Assembly (NCBI GenBank): GCA_964016885.1
Contig: OZ024740.1
Span: forward strand, 384,214,001 to 384,278,000
Length of the DNA stretch: 64,000 nt
Reading direction: 5' to 3'
Source of the DNA: Eledone cirrhosa
Taxonomy: Eukaryota
The notes below the pieces were generated by a model. The model did no database searches. It saw nothing but the letters and a program-made list of their open reading frames with translations, and had not been told where the DNA came from. Made by a program: the position numbers and the translations under genes. This document shows, one piece after another, positions 53,277-64,000 of this stretch (positions are counted from its first letter, which is position 1; the number at the start of each line of letters is the position of its first letter).

Positions 53277-54799
53277 TTCTTTCGCTCTTTTATTCATTCA
53301 CATACAGATATTTATATTTGTTTTCTTTGTGTCTAGCTCTTATCTTCTCGTATTCCTCTCACACACGTAAATACATGTATGCGAAAATATCCAGCTTTTG
53401 TCTATATTAGTGGGAGGCGACAGTTAACTTTCCGAAGATTCAGCAACTGGAGATGATTTTAACCTGAAGTTGCGTTTCTATGGAAATATGTACAACATTT
53501 AGCTGTTTTCCTTTTTTAGGTACCAGCCTGTCTATCGTTTCATTTCCATATTGCTTTTGCAATACAAACTTAGTTTGGTTTGGGTTGGCGTAGTGCCGAA
53601 TAGAAGCTACTGGCGTTGGTATTAGCCTGACTAATATACTACATCTACTATTAAACATAAAATCACTAATTCATTACTCAACCCTTATCCAGCTCGTGTT
53701 CTGCAAGGCATCATGGAATTTGAAGCTCATTACTTAAAGTTCGCCATGTTTGCTTAACCTGTGACCAGCACCCAGATTTCTTGAACTTGTTTAGAATTGT
53801 TCAGAAACAAGCAAACTTTGGCGATTGTTATAATGTATTGAACTGACTGAAAGTTTTTTTCCAAATGAGAAATAACAGGTCTGAACTAATTTTCTTCGAA
53901 ATTCGACTAAAATTGCGATCGACACAATTTATAATAGAAACTTATGAGAAATGTGTGCTGCCTAACTTACAGCAATAAACAAAATAATATGTTATCAAAA
54001 TAATCTTGTTATATGATCAAAGATCAGGTAATCAGCTGCTTGCAGACAATAACAAATAAAAGGTGTTTACAATGTATTATATTTTCTCTTGAATATGTCT
54101 GGACTGCTGCTTAAATTACATTGGAAGATTTTTCATGTTGTTCAACTCCGAATTTACTTGTTGTTTTTAACTGCACCCCGTATATTATTAACATTTCTAA
54201 TCTACAGCTGTTTGGCTGTTGCTACTCTTGTCGTTTTATAGCACTACATCAGCCTCGGTGGAGCAAATATATGAGAAAAGGCGTTCCAGCAAAAACATTA
54301 CGTCTTTTCCTTAGACAGTGTATTTTGGATTATTTAATTTAGTGTGTTATGGATTTTAGTTCTTTTTCATAGCAGTACGATATTTCTCTTCTATTTAGCT
54401 GGTGAAGTATTTACATTGAGGTTCGTTTTTTATGTTTTGTGTGTGATTCAGCTGACAAAATATGCAACTATTGTTTTTTTGTCATTTCGTAGTTGACTTA
54501 TTTTCTATAGCAGTGTGTGATGAGAGAATCATTGAACGATGGCATGTGTCAGAAGTAATTCTTTAGCGGAAAATGTGTAGAGCTGTTTTCCAATTTTCTG
54601 AGTATAGGGAACAGATGTCTTGAAAAATTAATCGATACTCATACGTAATTTCCATGGACGCTGATTCAAATATAAACAAATTTATTCAATTGTCATTTTA
54701 AACGGCTATGTCTGAGAAACATGGACTTTCAGTGCAGGACTTTAAAAAGTATGTGTCCACATAACAGAACTGTTTAATTTCACGCACTCGGTCCGTGAA

Positions 54800-55408
54800 G
54801 TGTGATATCTCAGCTCCCTTCTGTACATGCTGACTCTCGAGCGCATACTGCAGAAGTTGGAGCTGTTGCAGGGCACTCACTGAAGCTGGGATCTGGAAGG
54901 GCTGCATCAGCATACACGGACGACTCGCCCGTGATGGTGTCGAACACTTCAGTGGAGGATCAACCGAAGACTGAGACTACGTGTCAGGCATCAGGAATAT
55001 TGTTAGGCGCCCATAGTCCTCAACAAGTCTAGCAATGCAGTCATTGGAAATTCCACTCTAGCATCCTAAGGAAAACTAGTGATATGCAAGTGAGACGACG
55101 CTCTCCGTTTGACTATAGTCGTCGACTGCAGCGAACCTAGCCAGTCTGCTCAGGAGGACTTTCGTGCCGAGGAAGATGGACAATTTCCATAAATTCCTGC
55201 CTTGGCAATTCTACCGGTGTGCAATTCCAGGTCGAGGCAACGTCTATAGACACTCATCCAGCGTCTGGCTATTGCTGATGTGTAGAGTTTTATCGAAAAA
55301 CTGTTGCCCCGTATAAGATAAATCCTGCTATAGGCCGACTTCAACGTGAAGAATGCCTCGTCACCTTCATTTGACCGCAAATAGCAGACAGTTTTTTTCT
55401 GTCTTGGG
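54800..55408 (+). mobile_element. Old, internally deleted Tx1-like ORF2 remnant
   Basis: SAYTDD motif and LLRRTFVPRKMDNFHK homologous to ORF2 of 60068-64000. Confidence 0.65.
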
Positions 55409-55410
55409 TT

Positions 55411-57522
55411 GTAGCCGATCGCCTCTATGTGTTTGGCGTTCGACACCACTACGGTGACATCGTCGGCATATGCTGACACGGATCTTCCGCATCCTAGTTC
55501 GCGCGGGACCCCCCTCAACGTCTCCAGTTTGTGCAGTAATGGCTCGAGAGTCAATACGTACAATAGGGACGAGAGGGGACATCCTTGGCGGACCGAGCGC
55601 ATGATGTTGAACGGTTCCGAAAGGTGACCGTTCACTCTCACTACAGAGCAGATGTTGCTGTGCATGGCAGCGATCCAGCCTCTGAAGACGGGCCCAAAGC
55701 CAGCCGCCCTCAGGACTGCCTCTAGGTAACGATGGTCGACCCTATCGAAGGCTTTCGACTGATCTAAATTGATCAAAGACCCACCCGTGCCAGGTTCCCT
55801 AGCTACCCTCTCTACGATGTATCGCATGAGGTGGAGGTTGTCGTGGATGGATCTGTCGGGAATGGCGCATGTCTGTGCCTCTCCCACCAGACCACCAACG
55901 ACAAGCGCCAACCTCTTTGCTAGCACCATGGACAAAATCTTGAACTCTGTGTTTAGCAGAGTTATGGGCCTAAAATTATCTATGTTATCCCCCTTGTTCG
56001 GATCCTTTCTCAGCAGCGCCACCGCTCCTCGGCTCACAGAGCTGGAAATTCTCCCGTTCTGTTGCCAGTTGCATTAGACGTCCGCCAAGAGGCCTCCGAA
56101 CATGTTTGGCATTTGTACGTAAAGTTCATAGGGCAGACCATCCAAACCAGGCGATTTACCCCTTGTGCAACTAGTCATTGCATCCCGTACTTCAGCGGTT
56201 GTTATCGGCTTTTCGCAACACTCCGCCTCAGTGGCCGAAAGCCGCGGCAGTCCGTCGAGGTAGACACTAAAGTCCATCCCTCGATCCGGCCCGCCACTGC
56301 CCCCGAACAGTTGAGCGAAGTGTCGCTGAAAAGCTTCACACATTTGCCCGGGATCGAGTAGCATGCGCCCGTCGTGGTCCACCAAAGACCGGATCGTTGC
56401 TTTGTTGCCACGGCGCGCCTCCGCCACTCGGGCCCATTGAACGGCTTTCGTCCCCTCGTGTCTGAGAGCACGCACCCTAGCTCTGACAACGCAGCCTTCG
56501 TGCTTTGCATTGAAGAATTGGTCAAGGGCCAATTTCGCCGCAAGTACGTCGGTCGCGATGACTTTGCTAAGCGCCTCATCTAATTTTCTAACTAATTCTC
56601 CCTCTGCTCTATTTTTCTCTATTGCTAAAGTCTTACTAAACCTAATGGACTCTATTCTAATTGCTCTTTTCAGAGCAAACCACCACTTGTTGTTGACGAT
56701 GGCCCCCGTCAACGCCCGCTTAACTAGTTCGCTAATCCTGTCTCTGTAGGCCTTGCGCGCTGGTAAGGACGCGTTTAGCTTCCAGTAGCCGGGTCCTCGC
56801 CTATGAAGCCTATCTAAGTCAAGCACACAGATCACGAATTTGTGGTCCGTGTAGCTGACTATCTTGAATTGTGGACAGCCTATGCTAGACCTATCTATTT
56901 CCCCACAAAATACTCTATCTAGATATGATCTGGATGACCCTATGCGATTTGTCCAAGTCCACATTGGTACATTCGGGAAATCCATTCGGTACCTGTTAGA
57001 CAGTTCAAAACGTCTGAGCAGGTTGGTGAGACTCTTGCACCCTCCTTCCCTATGCACTAATCCCACACAATCCCAACGTGCATCTAAGATCCCGTTCCAG
57101 TCGCCCACTAACACTAAAGAGCGGGACGTTCCAAGAAAGGTCTCCAGACGCCGGAAGAAATCAGGCCGCCCTGCTCCTGTCGGGGCATAGACGGCCACTA
57201 ACCTGAAAGCTTGCCCGTCTCCGCTGGTCACGTCCAGCACCACCAACTTACCTTCTGGGTCCAGGAAGATGGCCCGTATGGCAAGATCCAAACCTCTCCG
57301 AAAAAGCACAGCAACTCCTCCCCCCGATCCCGGACGGCTGGGATATGCGTACACATCGTAGCCGCCGAAGATCGGTGCGAAAGCCTGTGCTTCGGAGATT
57401 CTGGTATCACTGATGGCCACTACATCTATGTTTAGTGACCTGAGGTCGTTGAGCAGGTGGCCCTGCTTCCATGACGACCCCAAGCCACGCGCATTTATGC
57501 TGCCTATTCTGAGTGAGGTCAT
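55411..57522 (-). pseudogene. ORF2 (APE endonuclease plus RT), one in-frame TAA at 56074-56076, truncated
   Basis: SINARGL, VAVYAP, VGDWN, YLDRVF, TDH; KSPGLDGLPYE, RPITLLN, LDQSKAFDRVDH, RQGCPLS, AYADD. Confidence 0.9.
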
Positions 57523-57556
57523 GTTGAAAAGGAGTGGAAAAGATGGGAAAGACCAC

Positions 57557-59263
57557 TTACCTTACTTCTCGTAGGGGAAGGACGGTTTTTCCATTCTTTT
57601 CACTACTTGTGGCCTCCTCAGGAAGGATGTCCTTATAAATCCTCCTGGAGAGTGCTTGTCGGAAGTCTCCGATGTCTTTGGGGAATTTTTGTTTTAGTGT
57701 CATGTACATTTTCTGTGTGATGCGAGTGATTTGTATGTGTGGAGGTGGTGTGGATTTTGGGGTTGTTGTGTAGACTTTTTCTGTGATGCTGGTGTTGTGT
57801 TGGATGTAGTGTAAAATTGCTTGTTGTTCAAATTTAATGCTGTGTAGTGTGTATCGTTTTGGTTGTTTTGTTTTGTTTGCGTTTGTTGTGGGTTTGTTTC
57901 TGTTTCGCATTTTGGTGACTTTTGTGGTGTAGGTGATGGTGGTATTGGAGTTAATGATGGTGATGGTGTTGGTGTTTGGGTTGATGGGGTTGGTGATGCT
58001 GGTGTGGATGGTGGCATATCTGTCCTAACTTTTTTGTTTCTTAGTTTATTTGTTTCCCTCTGTATTTTGTTTTTGGAGGGGGAAGGAAGAGAATTTTTTC
58101 TTTTTTGGTTTCTTTTTTTTTCCGGATATCGTTTCCCACTCCTCGTCGTCACAATCTGTCTCCAGTTGTGATAGGCCGGGGAGTGAAAAATCCTCCACAG
58201 GCGTTAGTTTTGGTTGTGGCGTGGTGGATGGTGTAGGCGCTGGTGCTAGTTCTGAAGCGTTGGGTGGTGGTGGTGTTGGTTTTCCTGGTGGTGGTGGTGG
58301 TGTTGGTTTTGTTACTGTTGCTGGGGTTGTTGCTGTTATAGTTGCTTCTGTTGCTGCTGCTACAGTTGTTGCTGCCATCTCTGCTACTGGTGGTGTTGAT
58401 GGTTGTGTCACTGGGGTGGGTAGGAGAGGTGGCCTCAACCTTTTAGCCTGAGGGCAGAAAGCCCTTAGGTGGGTTCCTTCACCACAAACGACACACCTAG
58501 GTCTTCCGCCTTCGACAATTACCGTGAGGTGGCTGCCGTCAGTGAGGTCTATTACCTCTGGGATCTCCTCAATGCTTTTTTGGTCCGCTTGGATCAGGAG
58601 CTCCATCCCAGATCCGGACCAGTCCTCCTGCTTTTCTTTTGCTATTGCTATTATTTTTGTGTTGTCTTCAATGCCGGCGAGGACGGCCGCTATTAGCCAG
58701 GGAATTTCGATGGCCGGTGGAACGTGGGTCACCCTGATCTTTACGAGTCTCTGGCCACAATAGCTTGGGACGAGTGTGAAGGCGTCACTTCTTAATGGGG
58801 CCATGGAGTGTTCTCTAGCCTCCTCTGGTGTTTCAAAGAACACGTCCACGGTTCCATACTTCTGCCCACGTCTGATGTGGGTTTTTCTTGCCCACACATG
58901 TCCCAAAGCTTTTTGGATTTGGGACTCGGATGCCCGTTCCACTCGGCGCGATTTTACATTTACTATTCGATACGACACTGTGCATAGGCGCCGATGCTCC
59001 ATTTTATTAGGTGGGGGGGGGATGAGGCTGACCCTGTACCCATCTTTCTTTACCATTTGTTTGGCATTTTCTAAATCCTCCTGAGTTACCGTAAATGCTT
59101 GGAACTGCTTTGCTACCCTGGCGAAACTGAGGGGGGGTTTCATAATGTCATTGTTGTTGTTGTTGCTATCGTTATTTGTGTTAATATTAATGTTTGTTTC
59201 AGTTGTGGTGGTGGTGACGTCAGTCGTCTTTGGTGGGGAAGAGTCCATTTTGCTTGATTTCAT
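57557..59263 (-). pseudogene. ORF1 (Gag-like, zinc knuckle, Pro/Thr-rich tail), frameshifted in A-runs
   Basis: CVVCGEGTHLRAFC; ORFs 58046-59263, 57700-58152, 57557-57910. Confidence 0.8.
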
Positions 59264-59782
59264 TTCGACATCACGAGTTAATTTATTTTTTTCTTCTTTT
59301 GTTTCTGTTGTCGCGGTGGTGGTGGGGGTGGTGGTTGTCGCGGTGGTGCTGGGGTGGTGGTTGTCGCGGTGGTGGTGGTGGTGGAGGCTTTAACACCTGC
59401 AGTCATTGGTAATGGCGGGAAATGAATGTCTGCCTGAGACAAATTTAAAATATTGCTACTGCTTATATTTTTTTTTGTGTTGGCAAACATAGTAACATTT
59501 ACAATGGTGGTGTCGGTGTGAGGTGTTATTTTGTGAGGAAGGCTTTCAGCTGCTTCGTGCAGAGGTGAATTAGCCATTTTTTTTCAAAGAAATTTTTGAT
59601 AATAATAAAAGTTAAAATTTTGGGCACAAGGCCCCAATCTTTTTGGGTGTCCTTTTCGGAAAACAATGTATGTGCTTATAAACAGTTAATAATAACATTT
59701 TCCATAAATGGCAATTTTTAACAAACGGAAATAACAAACCTTTGCGGAGCTCACGATGATACGATTTACTACGTAGGTCGCC

Positions 59783-59869
<87 letters not shown>
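59783..59869. repeat. (TAA)n microsatellite
   Basis: Direct inspection. Confidence 0.95.
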
Positions 59870-60052
59870 CGTTTCTACATTTGGCACAAGGCCAGCAAAT
59901 ACCCATTACGGGTCTTTTATTTTATCGACCCCGTAAAGATGAAAGGTAAAATTAACCTCGGCTGGATTTGAACTCAGAATAGCAAGAGCCGTAACTATGC
60001 GTCAAAGTATGGTGTCCGACCTCTACCGACACTGCCAATCCACCACCTTTAA
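59870..60052 (-). mobile_element. SINE between (TAA)n tracts
   Basis: Matches 342-533. Confidence 0.82.
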
Positions 60053-60067
60053 TAATAATAATAATAA

Positions 60068-63000
60068 TGATTTCATTTATTGGCCACAAGGGCCGACATA
60101 TAGGGGACAATACAACAGATTGGTACAGTGGGGTTTTACAGAAAAATCGAGTAAACAATATGAATAAACAAAGTAACAATAACAAAGTAACAATAAAGTA
60201 ACAATAAAATTACAAGAAAACATTCCCCAATAGGGGGGTGACCACCTAGGGTTCGCTCAGGTACCCCACCAGTCCTGAACGACCCGATGCTTCGAGAGCA
60301 CCCTGGAAGGGCACCCCTCTCCTCTTCAAATTTACCTACCTACAGCCGCATGACCAGAGTAGGCCCACTCACACCGGCCATTTCGCCACATTCACCCACC
60401 TAGCAGCAAATGTACTGGGGGGAAGCACTTCTCTCTCCACCCTCACCGTCCTTTCCAAGTGAAACTTGAAAAAGTTGATCAGGGATTGGCCGAAGAGAAA
60501 AGTGTCTGTCTTCAGTCCTTTCAACCTCGTCCACCATACAACCTCTTCCGCTACTGCCACCAGACAGAGGAAAATTGCCTGCCCTTCCTGGCCAAAAGAA
60601 GGCGGCGGGTCGTTCTTCACTATGGACTCGGGCGATAGCCGGATCCGTTCTACACGCGACAACAGCTGTTCAACATAACTCCACAAATCAGTAATGCACG
60701 GACACTGGACGAGTGCGTGAGAGAAAGGTTTCGTCGCTCTGCGCGCATCTCGGACAGGTCCGTCTGACAGCACTTCCGTGCCTGTAGAGTTGATCTCGAA
60801 CCGCCAGTGGCCTCCCCGGTAGCACTGCCAAGCGAGGGATTTTTGGAAATTATTCATCGTCCCCGGCTCGAAAGTCCTCCGGTACAGACTGGTTAGTTCG
60901 ACTTCGTTGACTCCCAGAGCCTCTCCGAGTGCGTCGTCGCACTTGCCCACCACTAATCCTCTATAGAACTCGAGAGTGGGAGGTCCACTGACCGCATTGC
61001 CGGTCTGGTAGAGGACAGTGAGTGCTTGGCAACATTCCAGATGCCAGTCACCCATTCTCGGTCTCTTCGTGACCCAGGACTGCAACTCAGTCAAAGAAAC
61101 GAGCTGCGGAAAGGCCCGTCTGACAAACGGCGACCACACCTGTCCACCGTTTAGGCAGAATATCTGGAGATGCCGCAGCCTCAGCGCGTGCCTGCGCATC
61201 ATTAGCCATGGCATGCCCAGCCCTCCACGTAGAGGGTGCTGGCAGCAGATGGATCGCCACACCAGCGGAACCTGACCCCTCCACAAGAATTTGAAGAGGA
61301 GCCGCTCCAAGATGGCGAGGCACCCACGGGGGCAAGGGGCGACAGTAAGACGGTAGTATATGACGGACGCGATGTACGCGTCCGCTACCTGCGCCCGACC
61401 TTTCAGTGATAGCTTCATCCCAGCCCATTTCTGGGTGAGACTCATTACACTGCACATCACCTCGTCCCAATTCTTATCCACCTGGAGGTCTGGCTCGAAC
61501 CAAACCCCTAGCAACTTTACCGGTCCGTCCGTCCAGCGCCTAACGACGCTGTTGGAGGGCATGGACTTGCCTCTCCAGGTGCCGAGTTACAAGCCTACTG
61601 ACTTTTCCGGGTTAAGTTTTGCTCCCGTCAACCTTTCATATTCCTCCAATAAGTTGCCGACCACCTCGATTTCTGAGGTGTCCGACACTATCACGGTGAT
61701 GTCGTCCGCATAAGCTGACACAGCCTTTCCGCGTCCCGGTTTGAGCGGGATGCCCTGCAACGGCTCCAGCTTCTGCAGTATAGGCTCGAGAGTCAATACG
61801 TACAGAAGGGAGGAGAGAGGGCATCCTTGACGGACCGATCGGGAGACCTGAAACGGTTCCGAGAGGTGGCCATTAATTTTGACCATCGAGCAGGTGCCGC
61901 TGTGCATTGCAGCGATCCAGCTTCTGAAGACGGGGCCGAAGCCAGCCGCCTTGAGGACAGCCTCCAGGTACCGATGGTGGACCCTATCGAATGCTTTCGA
62001 TTGATCTAAATTGATCAGAGCCCCACCGAAGCCAGGTTTACACCCAAGCCTCTCTATGATGTATCGCATTAGGTGGAGGTTGTCATGTATGGACCTGGTT
62101 GGGATTGCGTAATTGTGCGCCTCGCCAACCAAATCCCCGACGACAAGCACCAACCTCTTCGCTAACACCCTGGCCAAAATCTTAAACTCTGTGTTGAGCA
62201 GAGTTGTGGGCCTGAAATTGTCTAATGTGTCCCTCTTGTTCTCGTCTTTCCTTATCAGTGTCACTACGCCCCGGCTCACAGAACTGGGAATACTCCCGTG
62301 TTGCTGCCAGTTGCAGTAGAGCGCTTCGAGGAGATTGGAGAACAAGTCTGGCATATTTACGTAAAGCTCGTAGGGCAGACCATCCAAACCGGGTGACTTG
62401 CGCCTCATGCAGCCTACAAGGGCATGCTGAATCTCGGCTGAAGTAATTGGCCTTTCGCAGCGCCCAGCGTCAGCCGTCGAGAGTTGCAGCAAGCCATCGA
62501 TGTAGGGACTGAAGTCCGCCACTTCCCCCGAACAACCGAGCAAAATGTTGGCGAAAAGCCTCACACATCCTCTTGGAATCGCTCAGCTCAAGCCCGTCTC
62601 GGTCCGTCAAAGACTGAATCGTGGTTTTATTACCACGCTGCGCCTCTGCCACGCGGGCCCATCGAACAGCTTTGGTTCCCTCGTTTCTCAGAGCACGCGC
62701 CTTAGCTCTGACAATGCAACCTTCGTGTTTCGCATTGAAGAAATGGTCTAATGCCATTCTCGCCGTTAGCACAGCAGTTGCAATGCCACTACCAATAGCC
62801 TCGTCTAACTTATCTACCAGCTCTCCCTTCTTTCTATTTTTCTCTAATGCTACTTCTTTGCTAAACTCAATCGACATTACTCTAATCTCTCTTTTGAGAG
62901 CCCCCCACCATCTATTGTTGACGACTCTCCCTGTCAACTTCTTCTTAACTAAATTGTTGACCTGGTCCCTGTAAGCCTTACGTGCCGGAAATGACATGTT

Positions 63001-64000
63001 TATCTTCCAGTAACCAGGTCCTAACCTACGCGTCTTATCTAGGTCGACCATACAGATCACAAACTTGTGATCTGAATAGGCGACCGTTTCAAAACGTGGA
63101 CAGCTTACACTATTTCTGTCTATTTTCCTAATGAATATCCTGTCTATATACGAACTAGATGACCCTATGCGGTTAGCCAGGTCCACACTGGCGCATTAGG
63201 GAAATCTAGTCAGTACCTGTCAGACAGTTGGAACTGGCTGATCAGGTTCTTGTGGCTTTTGCACACCCCGCTCCTATCGGATACGCTCACACAGTCCCAG
63301 CGTGCGTCTAAGATGCCGTTCCAGTCCCCCGCTAACAGTAAAGGGCGAGACGTACCCAGAAAGTATTCCAGGCGTCTAAAGAAGTCCGGCCGTTCTGCCC
63401 CAGTAGGAGCATAGACGACCACCAGACTAAAGGCATCACCTTCATTATTGTTCACGTCCAGGACCACCAACTTCCCGTCCGGGTCCCGGAAGATCGACCT
63501 TACCTCGAGATCCAAGCCTTTCCTAAACAGCAGTGCCACCCCGCCTCCCATTCCCCGCTGGCTAACAGATGCAAAGATCTGATAGTCGTCGAAAATGGGG
63601 GATAGTGCGCGCGTGTCGGAAATCCTGGTCTCACTGACTGCAATTACATCCATTTCAATAGACCTGAGGTCGTTGAGCAGGTGACCCTGCTTCCAGGACC
63701 ATCCCAGGCCTCGAACATTTAGACATCCTACAATTACGGCCATGTTGGCAGGTTAAACAGAGAGAGAGGAAGTTTTACTTACCTTCTGGGCTCTTGTGAA
63801 GGTCGGGTTGTTCGACCTCCATAGTTAGTGGGGTTTCTTTTGGGAAACCCTTTAAAAGTCTTGAAGTGGGTTTTACGTTCGGGGTTCCCACGTCCCGAGG
63901 AAAGCTGTTTCGGATTTCTTTGAATATGTCGAGCGACATTCGCACCAGAACCACATCTTCCGGAACGCGAAATGTGCTCGATTTAAACATTTCCCCCTCT
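60068..64000 (-). mobile_element. Second Tx1/L1-clade LINE (related subfamily): ORF1 end, frameshifted ORF2 63743-60369, 3' UTR ending AATAAA then (ATT)n
   Basis: CLNVRGL, AGDWN, YIDRIF, SDH, KAFDRV, AYADD, KLLGVWF; runs off the window edge. Confidence 0.9.

Larger units (their letters stand above)
55411..59580 (-). mobile_element. Tx1/L1-clade LINE, 3'-truncated just after YADD
   Basis: ORF1 with CCHC knuckle; ORF2 with APE endonuclease and RT. Confidence 0.9.

Noticed and set aside
54515-54602. Possible C/D box snoRNA (GTGATGA...CTGA)
   Set aside because: No adjacent terminal stem and no guide sequence I could match to rRNA
56062-62974. Plus-strand ORFs overlapping the Tx1 elements
   Set aside because: Antisense shadows of GC-rich coding sequence

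Overview
AT-rich, microsatellite-dense animal DNA, most likely octopus/cephalopod (inferred from the SINE and repeat content). No host gene could be confidently identified. The window is a pile-up of retroelements: four Penelope-like elements (PLEs; two Naiad-type, two Neptune-type) plus many pLTR remnants, R4/Dong-like RLE LINEs sitting in (CATA)n, RTE-derived non-autonomous elements, Tx1/L1 LINEs, a tRNA-derived SINE and one pogo-type DNA transposon. The main signal is RNA rather than protein. A 6.4-kb array of 466-bp units (33268-39645) carries one minimal type I hammerhead ribozyme (HHR) in each unit: 14 copies, 3 on the minus strand and 11 on the plus strand, diverging from a fold-back junction at about 34563. 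It looks like a non-LTR retrozyme that could yield 466-nt linear or circular RNAs. About ten more HHR motifs occur in PLE termini, including non-canonical cores (U3-A8 covariation, U4C, G5A, U.U at 10.1/11.1). Tails-out inverted structures recur from 42 bp to over 6 kb, two of them centred on what looks like HHR stem II. All calls were made by eye, without database searches or folding software.
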